This document shows positions 1-12,603 of a DNA stretch of 64,000 nucleotides, piece after piece. A program made the translations under genes and the position numbers. How positions within the stretch are numbered: position 1 is the first letter of the stretch; each line of letters opens with the position of its first letter. The notes under the pieces are model-generated. The model ran no database searches. It had not been told where the DNA came from and saw only the letters and a program-made list of their open reading frames with translations. The DNA comes from Vicugna vicugna. Taxonomy: Eukaryota. Location: positions 836,527 to 900,526 of the forward strand of contig MU057880.1 in assembly GCA_013265495.1 (NCBI GenBank), given 5' to 3'.

Positions 1-2257
1 TCAACCTTCAGGCCCTCCCAGCCACCCCCAGCAGGGGGAGACTGGCTTCTCTAAGACGGCTGTACAGCCAAGAAACGTCCTTTAAAAGGAACAAATCCAA
101 AGGAATGGGGATGGCAGGCACAGCCAGGGCACCACTGCAAATGCAAACAGCCGCTGCTCCCCTGGTCCGTGCACACGGCAGGTCTCTGACGGCGGGGTGC
201 ACCCAACTACGGTACTGCTCCCCGGCGACGGAAGCCACGCACGCTGTTCACCTACACACACTTCCCCTCCTGGCTACTTCTTCACTCTGTATTTTGAGGG
301 GAAATTCAGGAGCTCCTCCTGCCCTCAACCCCCAAATACACACCACCACCCACCCTCCCCCAGCCCTGCCACTCCCCGGCTGTGAAGGCGCAAGCTCTAG
401 CCCCGAGCAGATTTTCTGCCTGGATTACTCATTTGCCTCCCAGCCTCTCTGCTTCCTCCTGTACGTGGTCCCCGAGCTGCACCAGGTCTCGCAGTAAGCG
501 TGAGCCGCACGCCAGCCCGACCAGTCCCCATCCGGACAGGCAAAGAGCATCTTTCAAACCCCAGCTGCTGGGCGGGGGCTGCTGGTTTAGAAGAACAGAA
601 GGAGGAGATGGAATTTTTCTCCTTTTACTGCCCCAGGGCTCAGGGACCAAGACACCAAAACGTTACTCGGTCCAGTGGAGGAGGGAACGTTACAATGGCC
701 GGTCAACATTTTCAGAAGTGAGTCATGCACGGGGCAGAGGACACGGATTTCAGTAAACGCAGTATACTACACTCATGGGTAGCACTTGGAAGGCAGTTTC
801 TCCACACAAACCATCATATTCCTATTTATACTCTACAGGCAGATGGAAATAAGCCAAGTCCCTTGGCCTGAGTTCCAGAATCCTGCCAGAGTGACTTGGT
901 GGCAAGTCAGGTGTCTACGGTGTGCCGGGCACCGTGTGTGCACCTGGGGTCCCCCATGGAGCTGCACGGCCACCAGGCTGGAGTCCCACACAGCTAGGAT
1001 GCCAACGGCTCCGGTGCCACGAGCATCTCTGACATGCTCTTCCTCTGATCTGGTCCGATGCACAGAACACATGCCTGCTAGATCTTATTCATCTTTGATC
1101 CTTGTACCCAGGACAGCGCCGGGGACACAGTAGACAATTAGTAAACGTTTGCAGATGGATGGCGCTTCTGCACTGGTGTCACCAGATGAGGCTGGCCCCA
1201 GCAGGCGACCAGGTCTCAGCCTTGAGGCTGGACTCAAACCTCCAAAATCAAATCCCTGTTCCAAATAGCAGTGGGCAGGTAGCGTTACTGAGAATTCTGA
1301 AGGGGGAGAGAAGAGAATTTTCTCTCAAAGTCACACAAAATTACTTAATAAAAAACCCTAATTAGACACTTCTGCCTGCCCCCAGGTTCCCAAAGCCCCC
1401 TGTAAGACGCAGGACATTCTTGTCCCTTATTCCCACACCTTCAAGGTTCCCTGTCTCTCTCCCGGTGTCAGGCTGAGCAAATCACCTCCTTGGCAGGTGG
1501 ATGACAGGGTTGAGGGCCAGCACTTGTACTAGAAACATTTCTTCCCTATCAGAGAAGCAGGCGGAGATGACCCCGAGGTCCAGTGTGTGCTGGGCGGCGT
1601 GCTGCTGCGTCCCTGGGTTCAGTGAAGTGAGGAAGAGCCCGGACTCCTGCTCAGACCCCAGCGCTGCCACAAGGGCGGCTCGCCTAACCTGTCAGCGTTC
1701 TCGTCTGTGAGACGGGGGCAGGAAAGGACCGCGCCTCAGTGTGTTTCGGGAGGGGTGCAGTCTGTAGTTGGTTAGGGATTGTTTAGTGGATTAAAAAAAA
1801 AAGCAGCAGAAAAGAAAATAAGAGTAGATTGTAGCATTAATATAAAGGGAGGACACTTTTGTTTGTTATGTATAAAGACGCTTGTTACTGGATCATGATG
1901 TGAAATGCATTCACGTGGGCTGCAGACAAAAGAAAAGTCTGCAAGCCACTGACCTATCTCAGAAGGTTCCTGTGAGGATTAAACACATCAATTCACGTCA
2001 AACACTTAGCCCGGCGCCCCGCACAATAAATGTCAGCTGTGCTCTCTCTCTGATCATTCTTGGCAAAGGTGCGTTAAGGAAGACATTTCGGAGTACTCAG
2101 AGGTCATTCATTCTGATTACTTAATTATGGAAAGAACCTAGAACTTGTAATACAGACATGAAAAGGAAAGGCAAAAAATTAAAATAATAAAAAAAACCCC
2201 GAGGAGGATGTCCTCTTATCCTCACTATAAAACGCTGAATAACAATTTTTATGGAAG

Positions 2258-2337
2258 ACATAAATGAATTTATTTACAAAGCAGAAAGAGACTCACAGAC
2301 ATAGAAAACAAACTTATGGTTATCGGGGGGAAGGGGA
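2258..2337 (+). mobile_element. L1 3' UTR fragment
   Basis: gacataaatgaatttatttacaaagcagaaagagactcacagacatagaaaacaaacttatggtt is homologous to the L1 copy at about 51140-51200 in this window. Confidence 0.7.
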
Positions 2338-3944
2338 GCTGGCAAAGACATCCTCCAGTTGATGCCTCACTTGTAAGATGGGAGACTTTTGAGTGAAACT
2401 CGTCATAGGCTGTTTCAGCTTTACAAGTGCTCTGTCTAACACGCCTTAATGTTGTTAGTCTCACTTTCCTTTTCAGAATACTTTTCTGATCAGAAAAAAA
2501 ATGGTAATACATACAGCTTGCAAAGGCTTCTGCAGTTCTGCACATTAGTAAGAAAGTGAGTGGTGCCTCCATCCCCACCCTTCTGGCGGAGGGGAGCTCT
2601 TCCACGAGCATCTAGTTACTGCTGCTGAAATGTGCAGTGAGAACAGAGAGTGAGTCTAAAGGCTTAAGAATGCTGATTGCTGGCTCTTCTTGGGCCTGTG
2701 TCATTTGTCATTCAAGTTCAAGATCAATGTTTAACTTTCTTTGGAAATACGGTTGCTCTTGGGCCAGTTTACTAGAAAGACTGGACTGATGATCCGGCTG
2801 CAGACTTTGGATCTGAAGAAATAATGCCCTGAAACTCTTACGACACGTTTCCTGAGCACGGAATAAATAAACACCCTGATTTCAGATTGTGACAAGGTCA
2901 TGCGATTTTCTTGAAGCAGCTAGGGCAAAGGTTTACGGGGGTGGTCAAGGTAAACTTTCTAATCAGCGGTTGGAGAACAGCCTTGTGAAAATGGGGCATC
3001 TCAACTAAGACTTAAAAGCCAGGAGACCCAGCCATGGGAAGGGCAGCCCAGCTGTACTGAATGAAAGTAGCTGGATATATTAATAACTCTTTCAAAAACC
3101 GATGTGCATTTCTCCCTGTATATACGGGGACATATACATCCCCACTGCCCTGATTCAAACATCCTTTGAGCATCTTCAATATATGTGCCGGGTGGACTCG
3201 GCCTCGGGGCATAGAGCAGTCAGCAGACACAGGAGGTGGGTCTCCGCTCTCAGGGAGCTCACGTGCTAGGGGAGAAGAAGAAACAAAGATGCCCGAGGAA
3301 GCACAGGAGACCCACAGAAGGTGGTGAGTCACAGGGAACCCCCTGGACCCTGGAAAGGGAAGACTGAGGGTTGGAGCTCAGACGCTGCTGTCATTTCTCC
3401 AGTGGGAGAATTCTGAGGCTCGCTGACGCAGCTGGAATCCGTGATCACGGGATCAAAGGCGCAGCAGCACGCCCGGAGGGTGGAGGGGCAGGGCTCTGGC
3501 CCACGTTCAGGGCAAGTGCGAACACTGGCCCAGAACCGCGGGTTCGGACCTGCCACACCCCCCACCTGCAAGGAGGCACCTCGGGCAAGGACGCCGGGAG
3601 TGCTCCCAGCCTTCTGTCGCTTCTGCAGCTTGGACAGACGGGCCTGTGTGTATCTGGGAACGCTCCCGGCAAAGTAAAGCTACGTGAACGAGGGCAGCAC
3701 CTCCCTCCTCTCCAAGCTCACCTTGTACCAGCATCTCACTGCATCCACCTCCCCTAGGCTCCTGGTGTGCACGTGGTCTTGCCAGTCCTTACATGCAGAC
3801 TGCACGGCCTGTCCCCCCTCTGTCTCCGCCCCTCTGGCCTAACTTGCTGTCTGCTCTGGTCTCCGTGAGGCTGGTTACCAGGGGCACTCAAGTCAGCTGA
3901 AATTTCATCTCCTCGGAGAGGCCTCCCAAGCACCCTTTCCAGCT

Positions 3945-4120
3945 CAGTGATGAATACTTGCCTGCATTTCATTGACTGTGACCCACGTCTCCTTTACTGA
4001 ATATAAACTCCATCAGGATATCAGGGATCATGTCTATGGGATCACTGATCTGTCCCCACAGCCTGCAAAAATGTCTGGCATGTAGGATGTTCAAGAAATG
4101 CTGCCTGAAAATGAGCAGAT
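3945..4120 (+). mobile_element. L2 3' end (ancient, degenerate)
   Basis: The pattern tactgaatataaactccatcagga...tgtctggcatgtaggatgttcaagaaatg resembles the L2 terminus (recalled consensus). Confidence 0.5.
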
Positions 4121-4297
4121 GATGACATGCAGGACAGGGATGCCTGCCTCAATTGATAAGTATGACAGGAGCAAGGCATTAGAAAACAATTCCTAAACAG
4201 AAAGTCCAAAGTCTGAGTTTGTTAAAAGTTTCCTGTGGTCAGAGCTGTATACACAGTGCTTGGATTTTCTCTTTTTCTTCCCCCATTTTGTCTGTTT

Positions 4298-4500
4298 GGT
4301 AGTGGTGGTGGTGGTGGTGATGGTGGTGGTGGAGGTGGTGGTAGTGATGGTGACGGTGGTGGAGGTGGTGATGGTGGTGGAGGTGGTGGTGGTGATGGAG
4401 GTGGTGATGGTGGTGGTGATGGTGATGGTGACGGTGGTGGAGGTGGAGGTGGTGGAGGTGGTGATGGTGGTGGAGGTGGAGGTGGTGGTGGAGGTAGAGG
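4298..4500 (+). repeat. Compound trinucleotide repeat (GGT/GGA/GAT/GAC)n, about 200 nt
   Basis: Directly visible. It produces the spurious poly-Gly, poly-Val and poly-His ORFs. Confidence 0.97.
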
Positions 4501-4599
4501 ATAGAGGAAGTGGTAGTAATGTTACTCAATAAACTCATGTGGCTTAACGTCTTAAGCGGGCTTGTAATAGATGACACTCCAGTGGCAGCAAGCACACCT

Positions 4600-5850
4600 T
4601 GTGTCCTGACCTCGGAATCTAATTCTATCCTCTAGTGACAGCCAGGACTCCATGGAGACAAGACTGACTCCGGGACTTGGGTAGAAAATATACAAGGCAG
4701 ATCTGGAGCATCCAGTCTGGCCAGAAGGTCAGAAGTGCTACACACACACACACACGGGAGTGCTATGTTAAAGAAACACAGGAGCCATGGCTTCCATACC
4801 CAAAGCTGGAGAACTTAGAGCAACAAAATAAGGTGGTATTGTGATGACCCATTTGAAAAATAAATATCTGAGTCCACATTGATACAGAAAGGTGGGTGGG
4901 TGGGTGGATGGATGAGGCAGGCACAGCGGATGAGGGCTCTGCCCCCAGGAGCAGGCACAGTCTCCAGCTGTAGGTGTGGGCTACACGGTGACCTCCTTCC
5001 TGAGTTGCCATGAGGGGGGCCGAGGTAGGTGATGGGGAGAAGCTGGACACACTGGACTCCACCAGGTGCCCAAGGCCAACGTCATGGTCACGACGTAGGC
5101 TGACCGCATGCGCCCTCATGCGATGTGATGAGTGTGGCACTTCACCTCTGTGATCCTTCTTCCAGACACCCATCACCCCCGTCTAGCCACGCCGAAAACA
5201 CCAAACACATCCTGGCAGCCGGCATTCCGCACAACACCCGCCCACTACTTCTCAAAGCTGTGAGAGTCGTCACGACAAAGAAGTCTGAGAAACACCCCAG
5301 CCGAGAGGGAACTACAGGCGGTGACAGCAAAGAGGACCTGGTCCTGGAACAGGAAAACGACACTGGGTAAGAACCAAGGACGTGGAAATGGACTGTGGGC
5401 TTCAGAGAATAATAACATGTCGATCTGGGTTCAGTCACTAGGACGAGTGCACTGCACTGTGTAAGACGTTAGTGACGGGGCAGGCTGGGAACCCCTGTGC
5501 TCCCATCCCGGTTTTCCTGCAAATCTAAAACTGCTCTGAACATGGTGAACAATCTTGTGGCTACCAGGGAAAGGGAGTGAGAAGGGATGAGCTTGGGAGT
5601 TTCAGATTTGCAAATGTTGACCACTATATATAAAAATAGATTCAAAAAACAAATTTCTTCTGTATATTAGAAGGAAAATATATTCAATATCTTGTAACAA
5701 CCTTTAATGAAAAAGAATATGAAAAGGAATCTATGTGTGTATATGCATGACTGGGGCATTGTGCTGTACACCAGAAACTACTTCAATTAAAAAAATTTTT
5801 TTAAATAAAAATTTTTTAAAAACTGCTCTGAAAAACAAAACCTGTCTAAA
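4600..5850 (+). mobile_element. L1MC3/4-like ancient L1 3' end, interrupted by a younger L1
   Basis: Motifs aaataaatatctgagtccacattgatac, gatgtgatgagtgtggcacttcacctctgtg, ctcaaagctgtgagagtc and gcaaatctaaaactgctctgaa resemble the recalled L1MC 3' UTR consensus. Boundaries approximate. Confidence 0.65.
5541..5818 (+). mobile_element. 5'-truncated lineage-type L1 3' end with 14-bp target site duplication (TSD)
   Basis: Ends ...gtgctgtacaccagaaactacttcaattaaaaaa. Exact TSD aaaactgctctgaa at 5527-5540 and 5819-5832. Confidence 0.9.
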
Positions 5851-6835
5851 AATATTCCCCCCATCTCTCAACTCTTCAGATAGGAGGTTAAAAACTACAG
5901 GAGAAAGAAATCATCATCAACATCTTTAATTTCTCTACATCTCCTACTGCTGCCAATTCAGTCAAACACTGGGAGTCCCTGTTCTGCTCCAGGACTCGGA
6001 CCTTGGTCCCCACACAATGCAGGTGATGTCACCAGGAGAGACCTGGAGACCAAATCACAGTGGGGACACAGGAGGACTTAGCAGAGGGCTACCCTTCCCC
6101 AGGGTGACCCTCACCCCAATCTAAGAGCAGCTCCCACGAGGAAAGGTGAGCACATCGTCCAAGAGAAGGGAGACCACCTGCAGCCCCACGCCCGCCCTTC
6201 CTCCAGCAGGAGAGCTGGAGCCTGGAAGGAGCGACTCCTGGGCCAGGGGCCACGCCGCCAGAGAGGCCAGGGTTCGCGCCTGCATCACGGGAAAACTGAG
6301 ACCCGGCTGTGACAGACCTCTCCCTCCAATTCAGACTTCGCCCCTCAACGCTCCTGCTTCCCAGACGGCAAGGAAAGCTAGTTTCAGGAGCAACTGACAA
6401 TCTGAACGGTACCAAACCAACGGGATTCTGACGTGCACAACACGGACACTTTACATCAATCATGGCATAAGCCGAGACGTGACCTGGGAGCCTCCTAAGC
6501 CGCCCACGTGTCTGCTGGACCAGCTCCCTCGGTGCCTCTTTGATCTCTTCTGGAACAAGAAGGGGCATAACACACATAAACACAGGGAGGTTCCTGCAGG
6601 AACCCTGCGGATCAGGGTCAGAATGGGCCCCCGGTAAACGGTGGACAGTTGTCCTCCTCTCTTTCTTTCTTTCGCAGAGAGGTAAAGAGCACGCACCACA
6701 CCAAGCCCGACATACTAAATTCTGTGAGCCACTCGGGCAGCAGTTCTGACTGAGAGTGATCGTGGTTCCACGGTGGTGCCCACATCTTCTTCCCTGGAAA
6801 TTCAGCCAGAACAAAGCCCGCCCCAGGCCAGCCCT

Positions 6836-6885
6836 GGGAGGAGGAGGAGGAGGAGGAGGAAGAGGAGGAGGAAGAGGAGGAGGAG
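6836..6885 (+). repeat. (GGA)n purine repeat
   Basis: Directly visible. Explains the poly-Pro run in ORF 6089..6919(-). Confidence 0.95.
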
Positions 6886-8043
6886 CCGGGCTCTGGACAC
6901 TAAGACCTTCAACACACACTCACAGCCCTGAGTAACTGACGGACGGATGTAACTCAGAGACGTCGGACACACCTGCGGAGGGGATGCTGACCGGGCCCCG
7001 TGACGAAGTTTCCCCGAGTACCATCACACACACACACAAAGTAAAACAGTTCTCTGGGCACCTCGTAAGCTCCTCACTTTCTCAGATTTTATGTCTGTAC
7101 AAAAATTGCTACAAATGAAAATGACAGAGGTCTAATCAACAGGAATTAACTACACTTCCGCCCAACAGGTCACCACCCAACTTGATACGCAAAAGGATTA
7201 GGAAGACCAAGATGAATCGACTAGTGTCATGTCATTTAACCATTAATAAAACGCTGCATCCCTTCCACTCTGTGACACAGACAAACCAAACAGGCTGACT
7301 CAGTAGCAAACTCCCTTTCGTCTGTAACTCGGGGCAGGGCTGCGCTGAGCGGGTGCAGGGACCAGGCGCACGGGACCCAGGGCTCCTCCAAGAGCACCTG
7401 AGGCACGAGCGGGAAGCCAGTGAGCGAAGGCACCGAGCCCGGACCCCTGCAGGCAGGTGGCCCATGTCACTGGACAGACAGGCAGGTGCCCCGAGTCTGC
7501 AGGCACTCAGCCCACATGCCCCCGAACCCCCGAATTTCAGATCATTCGCTCACCACCCTTCTTTCAGCAGCATGGACGCTACCTCGGATCTGAACCACAA
7601 ATCAAAAACCAACAGCAGAATCGTGGGCAAAAGCAGAAACCCACAGATCCTAAAAGCAGCACTAGGAAAGTTTAAGGCTTGACGCCAGGAGGGAGGGGGT
7701 CCTGGGGATGAGACCCAGGCCAGCGTGGCGCCAGGACAGAAGGAAGGGTGACAGGTCAGCTGGCAGCCCCACTCACGGTGGTGGACAGACTTACTCCCAC
7801 AGACCCGGTCCTTCCCCCGATTCCGCGCTCAGTGCTCAGCAAGCAAGTTCCCAGAATGACTGGCTCCAGGAGGTTTCCCGCTAAAAAGGAACTTCCCCAA
7901 GCACAGGAGTCTCCCAGGGGTGTGGGCGTCAGGAGAAACCAGCCCACGTGCATCGCACGCTGAGCGTCAGTCCCGGAGCTTCAACACGGGGGGCCCTGGG
8001 ATGGTCCTGGCGGGCAGGCACCCCAAGAGGAGGAAAGGCATAC

Positions 8044-8115
8044 CTGATCGGGCAATGCCGCTGTCCCTGTCCTCATTCTGTCCTCTGCTCGGCATGTCCA
8101 CGGGAGTGCTGTGCG
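8044..8115 (-). CDS. FNIP2: FNIP2 exon 7 (72 nt): [24 protein letters not shown]
   Basis: Acceptor tttgccttttcctcag|, donor CAG|gtatgc, phase 1-1. Contains the conserved [10 protein letters not shown]. Confidence 0.97.
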
Positions 8116-9459
8116 CTGAGGAAAAGGCAAAGGAAGCCACGTTACAGGGCTCTCCGAAGAGCCAGCCGTCTAAAATCTGCTGTGACTTTTGCGTCTCAGG
8201 GCAGGTGACGATGACTGGCTGGGGTTTACAGAGAGATGCGCCAGAGAGCAAAGTTCAGGCCATTACAGACTTCGGTGAGAGGAGGCGGGAAACAGAATCA
8301 AGTCCCCACCGGCCTGTCCCTGCCCCACTGCAGCAGAGAAGCCTCTCTGAGGGACACTTGTCTCTCGGAGAAACGGAACAGTGAGCTGCGCGTGCAGTGG
8401 GTGCCGCGGACAAGCGTGCTCAGGCAGGTGGTTCCAGCCGTCCTCCTCATTGTTAGCATTTAAATAGCGCTGCATTCCCAAACTGCTTTGGAGCTGGTCT
8501 TAGCAGTGGCTGGGGAGGAGACGGGCTTGGAAACCATCTCATTAACATAAAAGGGGCTCCTCTGTTTCTAACCCACTGTCTTGGCAGACAGAAAACACTT
8601 CCACTCACTTTGAAGTAGACTCCAGGGGGGTGATGTGTTGCTATGGGGAGGCTTCCGCGCCCAAGGAACCCACCCACTGCCTGCCTGCGGCACCTGCGGC
8701 TACTTTGTGAAGCACGTTTATTTTCCCAGTTTGCAGGAGAGCATGCACACATGCCATCCTCGTGCTGAAGTAGGTGGGAGGGTGCCCGTTAGCCACGCAG
8801 GTTTTCAGGCTACTGAGGCAAACAGCGTAGAACGCCACTTGCCACCAACCACTTTGAGTGTCAGTAACGAAGGTTCCCACATGTGTTAAGCTCGCCAGAG
8901 CGCGGCAGACGCGTGACAGCTTTAGCTGGGAGGCCGGGCCATCTCAGAACAGATGCAGCCCAGAGACACCTTGAGGTGGTTACATCTGTCAAGAAGCTGG
9001 AAAGTGCATTTCAACTACTTAAATGCTAGCAGGTGAGAGAGAGATGACGGAGTGGGGGGGGGGTCATCCATGCTCTTATTAGAGTGATTTTGAAGACATT
9101 CTGTGCAGGAAAGGGTGCGGGTAAAGAAATGGACCAGAGACACCACGGCCAAGAGAAACGGTTCACAGCAGCAGAAAAGGTGGAGGAAAATCACAGAATG
9201 TTGTCCTCTTAGAAACACGAAGGGCTCGTTTTAGATCACAATTAGCTCACGCTGGGCTGTTAGCAGAGCCGTGGATGAGAGAGGTTCACTGGTGGAATTT
9301 TCAAAACACCAGGAACTTGGCAACGTTTGGAACGGACATCTCAAGAGCCCCTTGGATTTCTTGAGAGGCACCAAATAGGATTTTGTTTTCTAAGAACCTG
9401 CCCAGGATGTATTGCTGTGCATGGGGGGGGTTCCCCTGGGCTCAGCATTCCACACAAAC

Positions 9460-9549
9460 CTGCAAAGAAAGAGGCGCTGCGGGTGAGCCGGAGAGGTCCT
9501 CCTTCAGCGCCCCCCTGCAGCTGTCTGCTGCCCCAGGACTGCAGTGGCC
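9460..9549 (-). CDS. FNIP2: FNIP2 cassette exon 6a (90 nt, phase 1-1): [30 protein letters not shown]
   Basis: Acceptor tgtctccacctccag|, donor CAG|gtttgt, length divisible by 3 with no stop. GPLRL.RSASFFA matches the paralogous optional exon of FNIP1. Confidence 0.88.
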
Positions 9550-9730
9550 CTGGAGGTGGAGACACACGGGAGGGCGGACACAGCACACACACACACAGAG
9601 AAACACGGATTAAAGATGGGGCAAAATAAATACACAGAGAACACCACCACCACAGACTCACAGAAAGCGAACGCACGCCCACGAGAGTGGTTCCCAGAAA
9701 GAAAGAGCCCAGCCACACGGCGGATTTTAC

Positions 9731-9831
9731 CTAGGTTGCTTCCGGGACGACAGGGACCCAGATTGTTCTGATTTGTGTTCAGTTTCCCCAAGTTGGGATC
9801 TTGGTTGATGTATTCAAAGCTGTCTTGCAAG
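9731..9831 (-). CDS. FNIP2: FNIP2 exon 6 (101 nt): [33 protein letters not shown]
   Basis: Acceptor ctctctggatttag|, donor TAG|gtaaaa. Matches the start of ORF 9504..9830(-) and FNIP LQDS.E.INQD. Confidence 0.96.
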
Positions 9832-11392
9832 CTAAATCCAGAGAGGGACGGAAGGTCAAGGGGAGAAAAACATGAGGACTGTCAGATACAGACATCCTAT
9901 CTGCTGGTCAGACTTTCCTCAGTAAGTTAATAAAGTCTCACATCTGCCAAAGGGGATTAAGCTTCGGGGGAATTTGTTGGAGGAAAAGACAAGACAGGTT
10001 CTTCGGAGGTGGTTCAACCTGGAAAACTAAACGACACGTTCCAGACAATTCCACGTCATCTGATGGGGGACAGCAAACTCTGCAAGCCTTGCTTTAGTGA
10101 CTGACACCTAGGACACTGCCTCTCATTTCAAGGGCAAGTCTACATAAACTCTCAAAATGCGATCCATTTTAACTCCTTGTTAACATCTCTGAGCAATTCA
10201 GCCACTTTTTTTCAGAAGGAGGATATAACAGAAATTTTGCTCCCTATCGGAGTTTGATTTCACAACTTCTAAAAAGTTAGAATGACTCATAAACACACAC
10301 ATGAGAGGAGCAGATTTCAATAATTCATTGTAGTTCAGAACAGATAAAGATTTCGAGGATAATAGAGCATAATGAGGCCAAAATCATTTTTACTTTAACC
10401 TGAGCTCGGTATTTCATCAGAGGGAGTTAGTGTAATAAATGCTCAGGTTATATCAAGGGTCGAAAGAGAATATCTCACAAGAAATGAACATCAATGCATA
10501 ACCTGGCTTAAGTCAGGACAATCCAACGTTAAATGCTCAAACAAGTAAATTCGTTATTTTGTTGAAGAGTAAGCTGACTTACTGAATGGTACCCAGATAT
10601 TTGCAGAGGAATATACTCTTAATTTCCCAGGATTGTAAAAAATAACAGCCTTCATCTGACCCCTGAGAACACCCTTTAATTTATAACAAACATTTCTTTC
10701 AACCTGACCCAAGTTAACCGATGTTCTAAGAAGTATATGAAATATTTCTGCTTGAAAAATTGAAAATATATGAACACACGTCCCAGAGCAAGAGTTAAGT
10801 CAGACATTCACGCATTCTTAATCTGTACAGAAGGGTGAGATTAAGACTGGAGGGGAAGCTCGGGAGTGACCATCGGAATACTGCCTGGCCGAGCCCCAGC
10901 CGACCCCGGAGTCTGCACGATGACTCAGACGGACGCAAGAACAGCAACCCGCCTGCCGTCCCGCTGCCTCTTGGCCTGGGGGGCTCACCCTGTGCCTTGT
11001 TCCTTTAGAAAGGAATCGGTGAACAGACTAACAGACAAGGCTTCTTTTAAAGACAAAGTGGTATCAGGAGCGCCCATGAACTCCTCGCTGCGGTCCCTTC
11101 TCTTCCCCCTTCACTTTTCATTTTCCAGGAGACGAGCACTTGGTGACGGGCAGGAGGAACATGGCAGGTAGCCCATACTCCCATCTAACAGTAGCTTGTC
11201 TTTATGGCCACCTGGTAAGGACCAAGGCCTTTCCATAGGAGCTCACTGTGTCTTGGACGATGGCTGCTTTAAAACCCCTCAGGGAATGGGGATGCACCCT
11301 GCTTCTCATCTCAGAAAGCCTCGGGGTCTCAAAGAACTGCCCTCCCCAGAAAGAGCCACTTAGGAAGATGGGGGGCGAGGTCCCACACTCAC

Positions 11393-11464
11393 TTGTTTGT
11401 ACTCCCGCAGAAGCTGCCCATTCTAGCAGAGAACACTTTACTGATCATCAGCTGTGGAGGGGAT
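11393..11464 (-). CDS. FNIP2: FNIP2 exon 5 (72 nt): [23 protein letters not shown]
   Basis: Acceptor gtttttccctccag|, donor CAA|gtgagt, 105-nt intron from exon 4, frame continuous. Confidence 0.97.
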
Positions 11465-11569
11465 CTGGAGGGAAAAACAGAAACAGAAGGAGAGGGAGCA
11501 GTGCATTTCTGAGCGGAGAAGCCCGCCCCAGCACCCCTCGTCCGGCACGCAGAGGCAGCCCAAACTCAC

Positions 11570-11670
11570 CGTATGTAGTGTATCTTTAAGGTGGGGCCTT
11601 GGTAGCTCATGGCGACCGAGCCGAACATCATCTCCCCCAGCATGCTGACGTCAGACGCCGGCCGGGTGTA
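11570..11670 (-). CDS. FNIP2: FNIP2 exon 4 (101 nt): [34 protein letters not shown]
   Basis: Acceptor cggcgcccag|, donor ACG|gtgagt. Contains the FNIP signature [14 protein letters not shown]. Confidence 0.97.
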
Positions 11671-12540
11671 CTGGGCGCCGGGGAAGAAACCCAGAGTCAC
11701 GTCACAGGCAGCGAACGCAGTGGAGGGCGACCTCCAGAGCGGCCGGCAGGAGAGCTGCTGCTCAGGGCAGCCCCACTCATCTCAGTGTCTCAGGCCCGGG
11801 GGCGACTGCCTGCTCCCCCCAGGTATCACTAACGGTCACGGTTTCTTCTTTACACACACCCTCTCCATGCAGGACCCAAGGGTTTAATCTGAGCTCATTT
11901 TTACCTTGCTCTGAGAAACAAACATTTTCATTATCCCCGCTTACAAACGCTAAACAGAAAGATGGAATGACGGAAGAAGACAGGGGAGCGCTTCTCGTGG
12001 AGCTAAGAACACGGCCTGGAGAGAAGCACGGTCTGCATGACTCAACCAAATGAGCAACAGTGTCGAACAAAGAGGCCAGGTGGGGCCGGCAGGGTTTGTG
12101 GGTCCCAAGGATCACGCACGGTCTGGTGACCTTGACATTTCACAAAAATATTTTTAAAATATTTGACCCCCTAACTCCTGAGTAGTCCTTTGTGCCCCTT
12201 TTGTCATTGGGGGTGGGGGGGACGGCGCTGCCCACCCCCCACCCCCTCCCCAGTGTTCAGACTGCTCTGGTGGTGCCTCCGCCCTCCCGGCTGGCTTTCT
12301 TAACCGTCTCTCCTGTATCCAATGGACGTAATGCTCTTTTTCAATCACTCAGATACAGGATCCTCAGCTCCTACTCTAAGAGCTGGTGACACACCAATGA
12401 AGAGGACAGGTGTGAGTGTGCACCCCACACAGCCGGACCGAAGCCAACGGCCGCCTCCTGTTGCTCTTCCTTCTACTCTAGCAAAACCATGCCAATCGCT
12501 CTTGAATTAACATGCTCTTCTTTTTTTTAAACCTCAAATG

Positions 12541-12543
12541 CAT

Positions 12544-12574
<31 letters not shown>

Positions 12575-12603
12575 TTCACACGAACACACACACACACATA
12601 CAC
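12541..12603 (+). repeat. Interrupted (CA)n microsatellite
   Basis: Directly visible. Confidence 0.95.

Noticed and set aside
4235..4595. Poly-Gly, poly-Val and poly-His ORFs (also 15531-16105)
   Set aside because: Translations of trinucleotide repeats inside FNIP2 introns, with no splice or homology support.
6089..6919. 276-aa minus-strand ORF with poly-Pro
   Set aside because: The poly-Pro comes from the (GGA)n repeat. No similarity to the expected exon 8 (ASLSSLLITPFPSP...).
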